DNA of 64,000 bases from Octopus vulgaris (Eukaryota), in assembly GCA_951406725.2 (NCBI GenBank), contig OX597837.1:23064001-23128000 (forward strand). Direction: 5' to 3'. The notes below the pieces were generated by a model, which saw nothing but the letters and a program-made list of their open reading frames with translations, made no database searches and was not told the DNA's origin. Shown piece by piece: positions 39,108 through 51,491 of the stretch; the first letter of the stretch is position 1, and every line of letters begins with the position of its first letter. Made by a program: the position numbers and the translations under genes.

Positions 39108-39513
39108 AACTTGTACTTGTGGCGACATTCACCCTGGGCAGGTTGAGTTGGCTTCTTCCACCACCCTCGAGGCATTGTATTCGCCATTGAGAATTCATGG
39201 AAGAAGTTTCGTGGGAATATGTGGATTTGACAAACAGTCCCCAACAATCCCGCATGTAGAGACATCCTGTTTGCCGCAGATTGTCCGCAGACGCAGGGGC
39301 AGAATGACCGAGGAGCCACCGGTTGCCGAAGCAGACACTCTGAGGATTTTCACCAGAGCCCCGCCTGCCAGGTTGTGGCCCTAATACCACTCGGTGTCAG
39401 ACCAATCCGCCTTGGGTGGCCCTACTAGGAACCGAAGTTCCCGACGGCATAGCTCTGACACTACCCGTTGCCAGTGTCCCCACCACGGTGAGGAGGGGAT
39501 GGACTTTGGGGAC
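39108..39513 (-). mobile_element. Bipartite non-autonomous RTE derivative (5' UTR fused to 3' end)
   Basis: GC- and CpG-rich. The 5' part has the RTE-type motif CCGTGGTGGGG...GAGCTATGCC...TAGGGCCACCCAAGGCGGA. The 3' part ends GGGTGAATGTCGCCACAAGTACAAGT. Confidence 0.7.
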
Positions 39514-41027
39514 TAATAAAGGAATAGATGAATAATATTTTTTATATAATGCATTAGGGAATAGTTGAAAAAGATTCCTCCCAGAAATGTACCACTTTGG
39601 GGCCAGTAATTTCCTTAAATCAGCCAGCCATGGATGATAGTATCCACTTAGAACATCATTCTCATTATAAGTGTAAGCACAGTCTATGTCCTCATCATCA
39701 CCTCAAATAATTTCACTACTGGTATCTGCCTGAGTAAATCCTTCAAAATTGCCATCTGAGTCAGAATCAAACAAAATTTTTCAGGTTTAGTCTTGCAATT
39801 TTTTCTGTACTTTATACTCTATATCTAATTCATAACTATGTTGCATAAGTTATGCATGCTTATGTGTTATATGTACCACTGTATTCCACTATAACTAAAG
39901 TTATTCTAAAACAATATAAAACTATCTACTAATAGATATTAGTATGTGTGAATATATGTGTGTATGAATACACATGTGTGCATGCGTACACCTTTACAGC
40001 AATATATATGAATAACTTATTGCACATTTATTTCTCTAACTATCAGAAAAGTATTACAGTCTGTAATGTGGAAATATTTGAAAATAACATCAATTTAGAT
40101 TAAATTCCTTTGGCATCTTTGCTTCAATGTATTAGAAATTCATATATTTTTACCTTGTTGTCTTACACTGCATAAAAGACATAAAATTTTAAAAAAAAAG
40201 AAAAAAATGAGGCTTTAGAGTATATTTAAAAGGCCTGATAAAATACTCAGCAGTATATAAATAAATAAATAAATAAATAAATAATAATAATAACAACAAC
40301 AAAAACAATAATAATAATGGTGATTGTTTAGTTGAAGAAAATAAAAGATTTAATTATGGCTTGAAGTCCATATTTGCACATTTAAATATTGTAATATATA
40401 ATTTGATATAACACTGCATTTTTGCATTGTATTTTTAAAGTAAGAGTTACAAAAAAATATTTTCAATGCTTGTTATTCATAGAAACTTTATTTTATTATT
40501 TCTATTTTCATTTTTGAAAGAACATCTTTTAAATTGAATCTTTCAAACAGAGAAAATACACACAGCACTAACCACCACAATTGTAGTTATATCCTAAACA
40601 AGAGATTTTATTTTCCCTCTGGTAACAATGACAACAACAATAGCATTGAGAAGAAGAATAACCTAAGCAAGACCATTATTAATAATGCTGTCTTTTGCTG
40701 AAATAAATATGCTGATAGCAGAGGCAGAGCTTTCTAAAATGTCAGAGCAAACAGAATTATCCAACAAAATATAATTAAGGTTTTGATTAGTGCTGTGAAT
40801 AAACCTAAGCTCCTTCACATCCAAAATTCATTCTAACAAACTATAACATTCTCATATTGCAAATTATAGAAACACAGAAAATAATAACAGCTTCAACAAT
40901 GAATTTCAAATACATATTATTGGGATGGGAAGTAAAAATGCTTATGCAAGTTTCTAAATATCATCATTATCATTATAATGTCTGCTTTCCATGCTGGTTG
41001 ACACAGTCAGTTCTGATTTATTTGGTA

Positions 41028-41417
41028 CTAGCAGTATCGCCCGGCGTTGCTCGGGTTTGTAAGGGAAATAACTATATAAGTATTTTTAGAAATGTAAAGT
41101 ATAATAGCCATCTCAATATGGCTAACCACAAAGGGGGGGTATTACTGTAGCTTTTTATGTTCTGAGATTTAATAATACATTTTTAGAGAGTTACTTCCCT
41201 TATATAATAGCAAAAAAAATGCATTAAAAATGGGAAAAAACGATGGTAAGTTTTTTTTAAAATAGTAGACTCATCGTAGACGTGCGCTAGAAGGGCTCGA
41301 TATGAATCACGACTATAAGATACCCGCTTTTGGTTACACTGCACCGCAAAATGTGGGAGTAGTTAGGAATCTAAATCGTAGGAGACAGACACACAACTTC
41401 ACTTTTATATATAAAGA
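41028..41417 (-). mobile_element. Complete non-autonomous Helitron
   Basis: Minus strand A|TCTTTATATATAAAAG...CCCGAGCAACGCCGGG (hairpin) CGATACTGCTAG|T: 5'-TC, 3'-CTAG, an A|T target and no TSD. Confidence 0.85.
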
Positions 41418-41807
41418 TTATTGTCCTTCAAGATAGGTTGTAGAACATCAAGCTCATACATAAGTTTTGGTTTGGTTTTTATGGCTGTAAACTCTCCATC
41501 ACTAACCATTTCTCAGAATGTACAGGGTACAATTTTCATGGCACCAACACAAGTTGTTGTGCCCTTGACCAGAATGGAGGGTCTCCTCAGTCCTACATTG
41601 TATCCATCCATCCACCACTTTACAAAGGATATTGGCTGAATTTTATCAAGGTACCAGCACTAGGCAAGTGCCTTTTATTTTAACCCAGGGCTGACCAAAG
41701 CCTCAAGCATGGAATAAGTAGACAGAAACTGAAAAGAATTTCCTGTGGAATGAGAAATCCCTTACTTGAAAAACAAATATTTTAACAGTTATTTTTTCGA
41801 AGCTATA

Positions 41808-42833
41808 ATGGAAGTGACAAAGGAGCATATTTGGCATATTTTGCTTCATGAGTTTCATAAAGGCAACAACACAATTAAAAGTGTGAGGAATATTAATGTA
41901 GCATATGGGGATCAGACAATAAGTGTAAGCCAGTGCCAATGGTAAGTCCAGAAGTTCTGAGCCAGAAAATACAGTCTAGAGGTCGAGCCTCATCCTAGAA
42001 GATCTGTAGAGCTCAACGAGGTTGTCCTGCAAATCCTGGTGGAACAAAATCCCATTCTAAATGTTGAGGAACTAGCAGAGAAGCTTAGATTTGGTCATTC
42101 AACCATTCATTGGCACCTGTGTGCCTTCAGAAAAATCAGCAAATTGGGTCGATGGGTTCCTCCCAAACTTTCCAAGTCTAATCGTGCACAGAGAGTGAAT
42201 GTGTGCTCTTCTTTACTGTCATGCTTCACGAATGAACTTTTTTTGGACCAAATAGTGGCTGGTGATGAGAAATGGGTTCTCTATAAAAATGTAAAGCACC
42301 CAAGACAATGGGTAGGGAAAGGAGAAAATAGGCACCCCAGGTTAAATAAGGTCTTTACCCACATAAAGTGTTGTTATCTGTTTGGTTGGATGTAAAAAGT
42401 TTAGTGTACTTTGAACTTTTAAATCCAAACCAAATGATAACAAAGGAGATCTACTGCAAGCAGCTTGAGCAGCCTAAGTCAGCATTGGAAGAAAAACAAC
42501 CATCTTTGGTTTCAAGACGAAAGGTATTCTTCCATCAGGATAATGCTTGGCCACATACAGTGAAGATGACATTCCAAAGGTCGGAGCAGTTTGAAGGGAA
42601 AACAATGTCACACCCACCATATTTGCTGGACGTTGCCCCATCTGATCGTCATTTATTCCAGCCTTCAAAATCATTTGGATGGAAAAATATGAATTCTGTA
42701 GACGAGGTCAGAACAGTATTGGAGAACTTTTTATCATGGACAAGTGAATTTTGGAAGAGGGGGGGGCCTTGCAAGTCTACCAAATATATGGAAGAGCATT
42801 GTAGAAAATGAAGGAAAGTATATTTTAGATTAA
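41808..42833 (+). pseudogene. mariner (DD34D) transposase pseudogene
   Basis: ATG at 41808 (MEVTKEHIWHILLHEF). Motifs WVPPKL, IVAGDEKW, HQDNAWPH and HPPYLLDVAPSD. It carries stops and frameshifts and ends EGKYILD*. Confidence 0.92.
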
Positions 42834-42880
42834 TAAAGAACTTTGTTTATCTTAATTTGGAAAAATAAAAAAAAGTATTA

Positions 42881-42912
42881 AAAAACTGTATTATTTATGG
42901 GATGACCCCATA
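42881..42912 (+). repeat. mariner 3' terminal inverted repeat (5' TIR not found)
   Basis: AAAACTGTATTATTTATGGGATGACCCCA|TA lies ~50 bp after the stop and runs into TA. Confidence 0.65.
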
Positions 42913-43186
42913 TATATATAAACTCTGGTAACTGTATTCATTTATTTATTTATTTATTTATTTAGAGAGAGAGAGAGAGAGAGAGGTGTAAAACCAATGT
43001 ATTTCTATGCTAGTTATACTCTATTATGAACAGAAGAATGTTAGAATGTGAAGAAAGATGGGAAATGATACAATAGTTTTCATAGAAGTAATGCAATGAG
43101 AAAGAAGAATAGTTCTAGTGAAATACTATGAATTGATAAGCATAAGAATACAATATTTTATATATATATGTGTGTGTGTGTGTGTT

Positions 43187-43401
43187 AAGGTGGCGAGCTG
43201 GCAGACACGTTAGCGCGGCGGGCGAAATGCTTAGTGGTATTTCGTCTGTCATTACGTTCTGAGGTCAACTTTGCCTTTCATCCTTTCGGGGTCGATAAAT
43301 AAAGTACCAGTTTCGCACTGGGGGCGATATAATTGACTCAATCCCTTCGTCTGTCCATGTTTGTCCCCTCTATGTTTAGCCCCTTGTAAGCAGTAAAGAA
43401 A
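43187..43401 (+). mobile_element. SINE family B
   Basis: Full unit with a small internal deletion. A SINE A tail follows to ~43580. Confidence 0.85.
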
Positions 43402-43580
43402 AGTTTATCTTACACCAGTACTTGACAACCTGTGTTGGTTTGTTTAACATCCCCACAAAAAGAGACTGATAGAATAAGTATCAGGCTTTAGACAGTAAAT
43501 AGTAGGAGTTGATTCATCTCACTAAACCATTCCAGGAGGTGCCCCAGCATGGCTGCAGTCCAATGAGTGAAACAAGTAAA

Positions 43581-43636
<56 letters not shown>

Positions 43637-44403
43637 GTATATTGTAAACAAAATAAAAGTAGTTTTCTTATAAATTTTCCCCATTTATATGGACACTGTT
43701 TATGAGAAGCGTGTCTCACTTGGCAATTAGCTCATACAGATGAAGAAATAAATCAATACGATATTTGATGAAGAATTAAATATTTATAACATTCTCACAT
43801 AGATTCCAATAAAGATTGAGACAAGTAAAACTACAAAGGTTTGTTTTTATATTTATATAAGAACATTTTCAGACAACTAAAAGAACCAAATCTTAACTGA
43901 ATGCCTCAAAGAATGCTGCTACCAGATTCCACGTAACAAATCTCCTGATGTGAAAAATATTTCAGAGAGCAACAAACCTTGCTTATTCCAATTCCGTGAC
44001 TCTGGACATGAAGAACTACAGGTGGGCTAAATAAATTCAAAGAACATTTTGCTAGAGATACTGCCACATGCTGTTGTAGCCCTATTTCTATTCAAGATTA
44101 ATATTTACAGTCCACAACAGTGAATAATATTTTTGGACATCTCTCAGACCTTTCAACCATACTCAATTTAACACTAAGGGGGGAAATTGTCAACTTCAAA
44201 TATCACTGAGAGAACAGCTCTAAAGTGCATGTGTGGCTGTGTGGTAAGAAGTTTGCTTTCTAATCACTTGGTTCTAGTTCAGTCCCACAGCATACCACCT
44301 TGGGCAATTATTTTCTACCATAGCCTCAAGCTGACCAAAGATTTGTGGTAGGATTTAGTATATGAAAATTGAAAAAAACCCATCATCTAAGCACACACAC
44401 GTG

Positions 44404-44492
<89 letters not shown>

Positions 44493-44496
<4 letters not shown>

Positions 44497-44712
44497 GGAA
44501 AGTTTACGAAAATAAACAAAAGACGAAGGCAGGTGGTGTACAAACAAACAGATGTATTAGTATAGCGCTCAGGAATAGAAAAAGTCTTTTACGTTTCGAG
44601 CCTACGCTCTTCTACAGAAAGATACACAGAGAGAAACAAGGAGAGAAAAGAAATGTGTGTAGTAGCTAACGATCCATCATGGTGTCTGACTTCGGACAGA
44701 ATGGTCAGACGG

Positions 44713-44716
<4 letters not shown>
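44493..44716 (-). mobile_element. (TA)n-embedded hammerhead-bearing element (Penelope pLTR- or retrozyme-like), nested in SINE A 44226-44860
   Basis: Flanked by (TA)n on both sides. A second copy lies at 53140-53321. Confidence 0.75.
44585..44622 (-). ncRNA. Minimal type-I hammerhead-like ribozyme motif (CUGUAGA variant)
   Basis: TCTTT-CTGTAGA-A-GAGC(GTAG)GCTC-GAAA-CG-TA-AAAGA: 5-bp stem I, 4-bp stem II, palindromic ACGT stem III and a GUA cleavage triplet. Confidence 0.7.
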
Positions 44717-44755
<39 letters not shown>

Positions 44756-45451
44756 GTGTATGTCTTTGTGTTTGTCTCCTACCACTGCTTGACAATCAGT
44801 GATGGTGCGTTTACATCCCTGTAACTTAGCAGCTTGACAAAAGGTACCAATAGAATAAGTGGTGATGGAATAAACACAAAGACACACTTACATACACACC
44901 ACAGGTATGCGATAAGAAGTTTGCTTCTCAACCACATGGTTGGAACACAAGCTTCTTAAATCATACACCCGCACTTGTGCCTAATTATTCAGAATGGTTG
45001 TTGGAAATTCTATCAATGTGTTGTTGAATGGGCACTCTGTTCAAACCTAGATTACATCAGATAGCAGCATCTGGATGAAATAGAACCTTTATGAAGCAAT
45101 TAACCAATGTGAAAAAAAAGAAGGGGGGGAGGTATTAACCTTTTAGTATAAAACAACCTAGAAAATATAGCAAAAATGTCAGTGTGTGTGTGTATGACTT
45201 GAACTTCAATGTAAGTAAAGAAATGAAGATATATATAAAAATCCATGGAGTAGGTAACATTTTCTTCACTTCTATTACAATTTAAGAAAGAGTATGCTCC
45301 TTTATCAATCACAACTAAATTTGCTTTAATTATTGCCTGGAGAATGAAATAATAATAATAAGAAGAAGAAGAAGAAAGAAGGAAAAATAAAATAATAATA
45401 ATAATAAATACTAAAAAATAATATTACTAAAAAAATAACTCAAAAATACTA

Positions 45452-45482
<31 letters not shown>

Positions 45483-45890
45483 TGTCCTCAAACCATTTCA
45501 TAATGAATATTATGGTTTAAAAAAAAATGAGGAAAAAAAAGAGAATCAATATCTAATTAAGAACATGAGATGAAAGTAGCCGAAGAAAATTAATTAAACA
45601 GCAAAAACTATACAATAATAATAATAAAAAAACTTATTTGCCAAATTCTACTAAAGGCTTTAATGAAAAAGTTTATGCAAGGTTATGTATTGTGCTATAT
45701 AAAAAGAAAAAAATTCTTTTTTTCCCCAATTTATATTTTATATATTTATTGATTCAATCAAAACAGGAAATCAGTGAAGATAGATAAACAGATAAAATAT
45801 GTAATTTATAACAATGGACAATTTGAGTGACTGTGTGTGCTTTTTTTATATTATCATTTAGAGAGGGAAGAGAACTTGGATTATATGTGT

Positions 45891-45945
<55 letters not shown>

Positions 45946-46222
45946 TATATTATATTATATTATATAATAGTAATAACAATAATCCTAGGATGGAATTTAT
46001 AAACATTTAATACATCGCTAGACATCTTTCCACAAGTCACATGACTTTTAAGATCACAGTCTGTATTCTTGGGACGATAAGTGTAGTCCATAGTATCCAT
46101 AGGCATCTGGTTGATCATAATCATTGATACATTTCTTCAGGTAATATAACATTTGTGGATGAACCACAGACGGATATCTTTCTCTTTTTACCAGTATATT
46201 ATACATACATACATATATATAT

Positions 46223-46252
<30 letters not shown>

Positions 46253-46254
<2 letters not shown>

Positions 46255-46484
46255 TTCTTTACTATCCACAAGGGGCTAAACATAGAGGGTACAAACAAGG
46301 ACAGATAAAGGGATTAAGTCGATTACATCGACCCCAGTGCGTAACTGGAATTTAATTTATCGACCCCGAAAGGATGAAAGGCAAAGTCGACCTCGGTGGA
46401 ATTTGAACCCAGAACATAACGGCAGACGAAATACCGCTAAGCATTTTGCCCAGCGTGCTAACATTTCTACCAGCTCGCCGCCTT
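46253..46484 (-). mobile_element. SINE family B (young)
   Basis: Full unit between (TA)n tracts. Confidence 0.9.
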
Positions 46485-46943
46485 ATATATATATACACGG
46501 AGGCTTGCTAGCCGCATTTTCCCATTTTCTAAACGATATTTACTCAATTTTCTAAGCTATCTTTACAGCTTTCTTGCATTCGCAAATTCATATATATATA
46601 TATATATATATACATACATACACACTAAAATGAGCAAACTTACATATACACATATATGTGTATATACACGTGTGTGTGTATGCATGTGTGTGTGTACTCA
46701 GGGTGATTAAAAAAGTCTCTTTAGCATTTAAATGATAAAATGAAAATGCTAAACTGACTTGACACATCCAGTGCATACACACAAATTTATACATGCTCTC
46801 ACAAACATACACTCACACACACGCGTGTGTCTATATATTTTATCTCATAAAAAAATACATTCTGTGCAATTTCCTTCTAATATTTCTCACTACAACTCAT
46901 GTGGTGGTGGGAGGGGAGAGAATTTTTCCAATGAAGCTTTTCA

Positions 46944-46978
<35 letters not shown>

Positions 46979-46991
46979 CATATATATATAT

Positions 46992-47365
46992 AGGTGCAGG
47001 CATGGGTATGTGGTAAGAAGCTTGCTTTCAAACCAAAGAGCTCTGGGTACAGTTCCACTGTGTGACACAATGGCCAAGCATTTTCTACTATATCCTTAGA
47101 CTGACCAAAGCCTTGTGAGTGAATTAGGTAGACAGAGACTGAAAGAAGCCCATAGTGTGTGTGTGCGTGTGTCCTTGTGCCTGTGTCTATCCCCACCATC
47201 ACAGGTGTTTGTGTGTTTGCATCCCTGTAACTTAGTGGTTTGGCAAAAGAGACCAAAAGAATAAGTACTAAGCTTAAAATATAAGTCCTTAGGTCAATTT
47301 GTTCAACTAAAATCCTTTAATATGATGCCCCAGCATAGCCAGTCAGTTGACTGAAACAATAAAAA
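46992..47365 (+). mobile_element. SINE family A
   Basis: Head to tail recognisable. Confidence 0.85.
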
Positions 47366-47937
47366 CAAAATATAAAAGATATATATATATATATATACAT
47401 ACTCACACACACATACATACACATATATACAACACACATTCGTATATTTATACATACATTCATACATATTTACACAACACACAGAATATGTACATATACA
47501 TACATACATACCAAAAGTGAAAAAGGTCACTGTATATACTTCTTTAAGAAATATTCTACACATGCTGCAGGAACATTTTTTTTTTTTATGTTCTTCATTA
47601 TGAATAAAAGTTGTTTTGCAATGCAATTAAATGCTGTTGCTACATGGCAATTAGAGAAAGAAAAAAAAAAATGTTATGAGCATCTAGCTTAGGAGCAGAA
47701 CATGTAATTAAAAATATCACGAATTGCAGCAGGTTTATTTTTTCAAAAGCTAATGAAACATGAGTTTTTTTGTTTTGTTTTTGTTTTTGTTTTTTTGTAA
47801 GGAATGTCATTAAGGACATAAAGAATCAACCTTCAAAACTATGAAAGACAGAAACCTTCTCTTTGGAGAAAGTGTACTGTACTGTGTTTCTCAGCTTCAG
47901 GTTAGAGCTGAACCAGCAGGCCAATTGTCAAAAGCAT

Positions 47938-48236
47938 TCATCATCATCGTTTAACGTCCGTTTTCCATGCTAGCACGGGTTGGACGGTTCGACCGGGGTC
48001 TGGGAAGCCAGGAGGCTGCACCAGGCTCCAGTCTGATCTGGCAGAGTTTCTACAGCTGGATGCCCTTCCTAACGCCAACCACTCCATGAGTGTAGTGGGT
48101 GCTTTTTACGTGCCACCGGCATAGGTGCCAGGGGAGGCTGGCAGCGGCCACGATTGGTTGGTGCTTTTTACGTGCCACCGGCACAGAAGCCAGTCAGGGC
48201 GGTGCTGGCATCGGCCACGTTCGGATGGTGCTTTTT
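47938..48236 (-). mobile_element. SINE family C (young)
   Basis: (CAT)n CGTTTAACGTCCG...GGATGCCCTTCCTAACGCCAACC plus repeated GGTGCTTTTTACGTGCCACCGGCA modules. Confidence 0.9.
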
Positions 48237-48651
48237 TCTTGTTAGAAAATTATACTGCCTATTATTCAAAACTTTAGTGAGTTATATCTAAGGTGTACAT
48301 CCTTCTTAGATGGAAATGTGCAATTTGAGTGAAATTCAGTAGCTATTTCTAGCTTGAGCATTTGTTATCAGAAGTGCTGATCACTTAGAGTGGTGGGAGA
48401 GGAAGACATGAGACAAAGTTCTAGCAAGGCTTCTACAGTTGGATGCCCTTCCTAATGCCAACCACACTCCATAGAGTGTACTGGGTGCTTTTAACGTGGC
48501 ACTAGCATGAGTGCTTTTTACAATGTGAATAAATAAGCATTACATTTGACAGAGTAATCTGTTTACTAAAAGGTTAAATATTTAATCTAACTGAAGAAGG
48601 TAAAAAGAGAGTAAATAGAAAGCTTGTGGCAATGCAGAAAGTTTGATAAAA

Positions 48652-48689
48652 TCTTTATATTTCAGGTTCAAAGGCCCATCTTCAGAAGA
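48652..48689 (-). ncRNA. Minimal hammerhead-like motif (left arm)
   Basis: TCTT-CTGAAGA-T-GGGCCTTTGAACCT-GAAA-TA-TA-AAGA, with a weakened stem II. Confidence 0.6.
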
Positions 48690-48845
48690 AAAGAACAGTG
48701 TGAGAAAAGTCCAGTTAGGTAGGTTCCATTAACCCATTCAAATTCCTTAGTATTTATGTAACAGCAGTAGTCACTCTCCAAATGTAGGTGTAATTGACGT
48801 TCCACGCATAACCTACATAACTGGACTTTTCCCAGATTGTTTTTT

Positions 48846-48882
48846 CCTTCTGAAGATGGGCTTTGCGCCTGAAATATAAAGG
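48846..48882 (+). ncRNA. Minimal hammerhead-like motif (right arm)
   Basis: CCTT-CTGAAGA-T-GGGC(TTTGC)GCCT-GAAA-TA-TA-AAGG: intact CUGANGA and GAAA core, with stems I and II paired. Confidence 0.7.
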
Positions 48883-51079
48883 TTTTATTAAATTTTCTGC
48901 ATTGTCAGAAGCTTTCTATTTACTCTCTTTTTACCGTCTTTGATATCACACTGCTTCAAGCAAGCTACAACGCTCTTACTTAATCAAATATTTAATAGCC
49001 ACGCCTTGAGCATATTACATTACCAAGTTTGAAGCACTAGGTGGTGTCCTTGCAAATAAAACAGTATGAGGGGTATCTATTTACTTTTGAGCCGGCTATT
49101 TACATCAAAACAAAGTTATATCATAGATCGTTGATAGATTTTACTTATAAAGTTCTTAAATAACAAGGAAGGTAGATAGGAAGGCTATCAGTATGATATG
49201 CAATTAAGTGACAATTAGCTTAAAGTATAATAGAGATATTACTGTGATGGTGTTAATGAGACACACTGAAAAATGTCTTGGATTGAATAGGAATATATTT
49301 AATTTAGGAATGTGACAAAATATTAGAAAATTGTGGTTAAGGAGTTAGTGATATATTTGAGGTATTAATTTATGGATCTACAAAGTCTTCTTAATGATAT
49401 GTCTTGATATTTAGAGAAAATGAAGGTGGACATTGTGGAATTAGAAATCGATGGACAAACTCCGGAATTTAGATGATTCTTTCGGAAGAAAAGGAAACAA
49501 ACAAAAACCAGAAAAGTAATTCCAATACAAGATTAACAGTCTTTTACATCTCTTCGGTCTATGGAGGAAAAAGTTGTCGATTAGAGCTAATTGTTACATC
49601 CAATAAATTAACTCTCTGCTAATTAGTTTTATTTCATGCAAGACCATTTTTCTATTGACAGTATGTTAATACGAACTGAAACTTAGCAATAAACAACAAT
49701 AATGAAATCTAATTAATGTAATGAGAAATCTCTTTAATATATGGGCCCATTCTGGTTCCCACCACAGAGCTTACATTCACAAATTGGCATTGTAGAATTA
49801 ACATTAATAATACTTTCACCAATTTTCTATTTTTTTTTTCTTCAGTGGAAGAGAAAGAACGTTAACAGCTTCTTAAGCCTTTCTAGACAAGAGTAGGATA
49901 AAATAAAATAAAAACAAGACAAAACAATGTGAAGCTGCTACAGTTAACATTTATTTCCTATAGCATCTGTAACAGATCTGAAGTTGAAAGCGAAGAAATG
50001 AGGGTAGGAAAAGACCCTAAGAGAATAGATGTTCTAGAGAGGGAAAATTAAAATCTGTGTCCTTTAGTAACAAAAATATAACAATTTATTTACGTAATAT
50101 TTTATTGTTATTTAAACCAGCGCATTTTGTTCTTGGTGGTGGTATTGTTGACACAAGAGGAGGAAAATTAAAGATTAATTGAGCTTTGTTTTAAAATGTA
50201 ATTAATTCATACGCAATCATTACTATCAAATCTTGGATTTTTCCATAATAAATATTTTCTAAATATTTGAGATTAAGGTAATATCAGAATAAAAATGGTA
50301 TCATTATGAAAAGAAGAAAAAGAAAGTGAATTATATATATATACATATATATATATAAAACAACAGAATTTGAGGAAATGAAAAAATGCTTCAAGCTACA
50401 TTTAATTGCTTGCAGAATTTAAAATCTAATCAATATAACAATTATTGAAAGATTCAAAATTTTAAAAATTAATTTTTTTTTTATCTATTTTATACAAATG
50501 TTGGAAGTTAAGTAATGATTTTAGTTTGTGGAACTAATTAAATATTGATTGCAGAGACAACCAAAAGTTTGTTGTGTGAAGAACGTAAATGATATGAGTT
50601 TTGTTTCAAAACTTTCCATGATTTTGTTTTTTTGGTTGGTTAGTGGGGAAGGCAGTGCCCAGGATCCAGTACATGCAATCTGAAACTATTGGACCGAAGG
50701 TATCCTCAAACCAAGGTATCCTCAATCCTTGCAACAAAGTGGGCTCCAATAAGGACACCCCAAGATGCCAATAAACCAGACAAATTAATTAAGTCTATCA
50801 CCAAAGTAAGTCATGCTGGGATTCGAATCACAACCCAAAGAGCTGGAACAAATACCTCAAAGCATTCACTGACACTCTTTGAATTAACCCAGTACATGAT
50901 AAATACTTTATTTTAACTGGTGAGTGTTGGTAGCAGGAAGGACATCCAGCTGTAGAAAATTTGGCTCAATAAACTCCACCCAACCCATGCAAGCATGGAA
51001 CAGTGGACACCAAAGTGAGATATATGTATATATCATTGCTTTGTGTATGTATGTATGTATATATATATATATATATGTA

Positions 51080-51430
51080 TCTTTTACTTGTTTCACACAT
51101 CAGATTGTGGCCATGCTGGTGCACAGCATAGAAGAATGAATTGACCGCAGTACTTATTTTTTTGTTTAGCATGGTATTTTATTGGTCTCTTTTGCTGAAC
51201 TGCTAAGTTACAGAGACGTAAACATACCGACACCGGTTGTCAAGCAGTGGTGGGTGACAGACACAAAGACACACACGACAGACTTCTTTTAGTTTCCATC
51301 TCCCAAATCCACTCACAAGGTTTTGGTCAACCAGAGGTTATAGTAGAAGACATCTGCACAAGGAGTCATGCAGTGAGACAGAACCTGAAATTATGTGATT
51401 GGGAACCAAGCTTCTGACCACAAAGTCACA
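51080..51430 (-). mobile_element. SINE family A (diverged)
   Basis: Antisense tail to head. Confidence 0.8.
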
Positions 51431-51433
51431 CTT

Positions 51434-51491
<58 letters not shown>

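Larger units (their letters stand above)
48594..48940. repeat. Diverged inverted repeat (~130-bp arms, ~85-bp spacer), Penelope-type inverted pLTR-like
   Basis: Arms 48594-48725 and 48810-48940 are reverse complements, and each contains a hammerhead-like motif. Confidence 0.85.

Noticed and set aside
38954-39390. Overlapping GC-rich ORFs suggesting a gene
   Set aside because: The open frames result from the high GC of the RTE-derived element, and no protein motif is present.
39440-39513. Canonical HDV-like ribozyme call
   Set aside because: A G-initiated 7-bp P1-like helix is present, but I could not place P3, P1.1 and J4/2 convincingly. It is kept only as an unassigned structured RNA.
41808-42833. 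Domesticated SETMAR-like or active transposase gene
   Set aside because: Multiple stops and frameshifts and a missing 5' TIR make it an ordinary decayed mariner.
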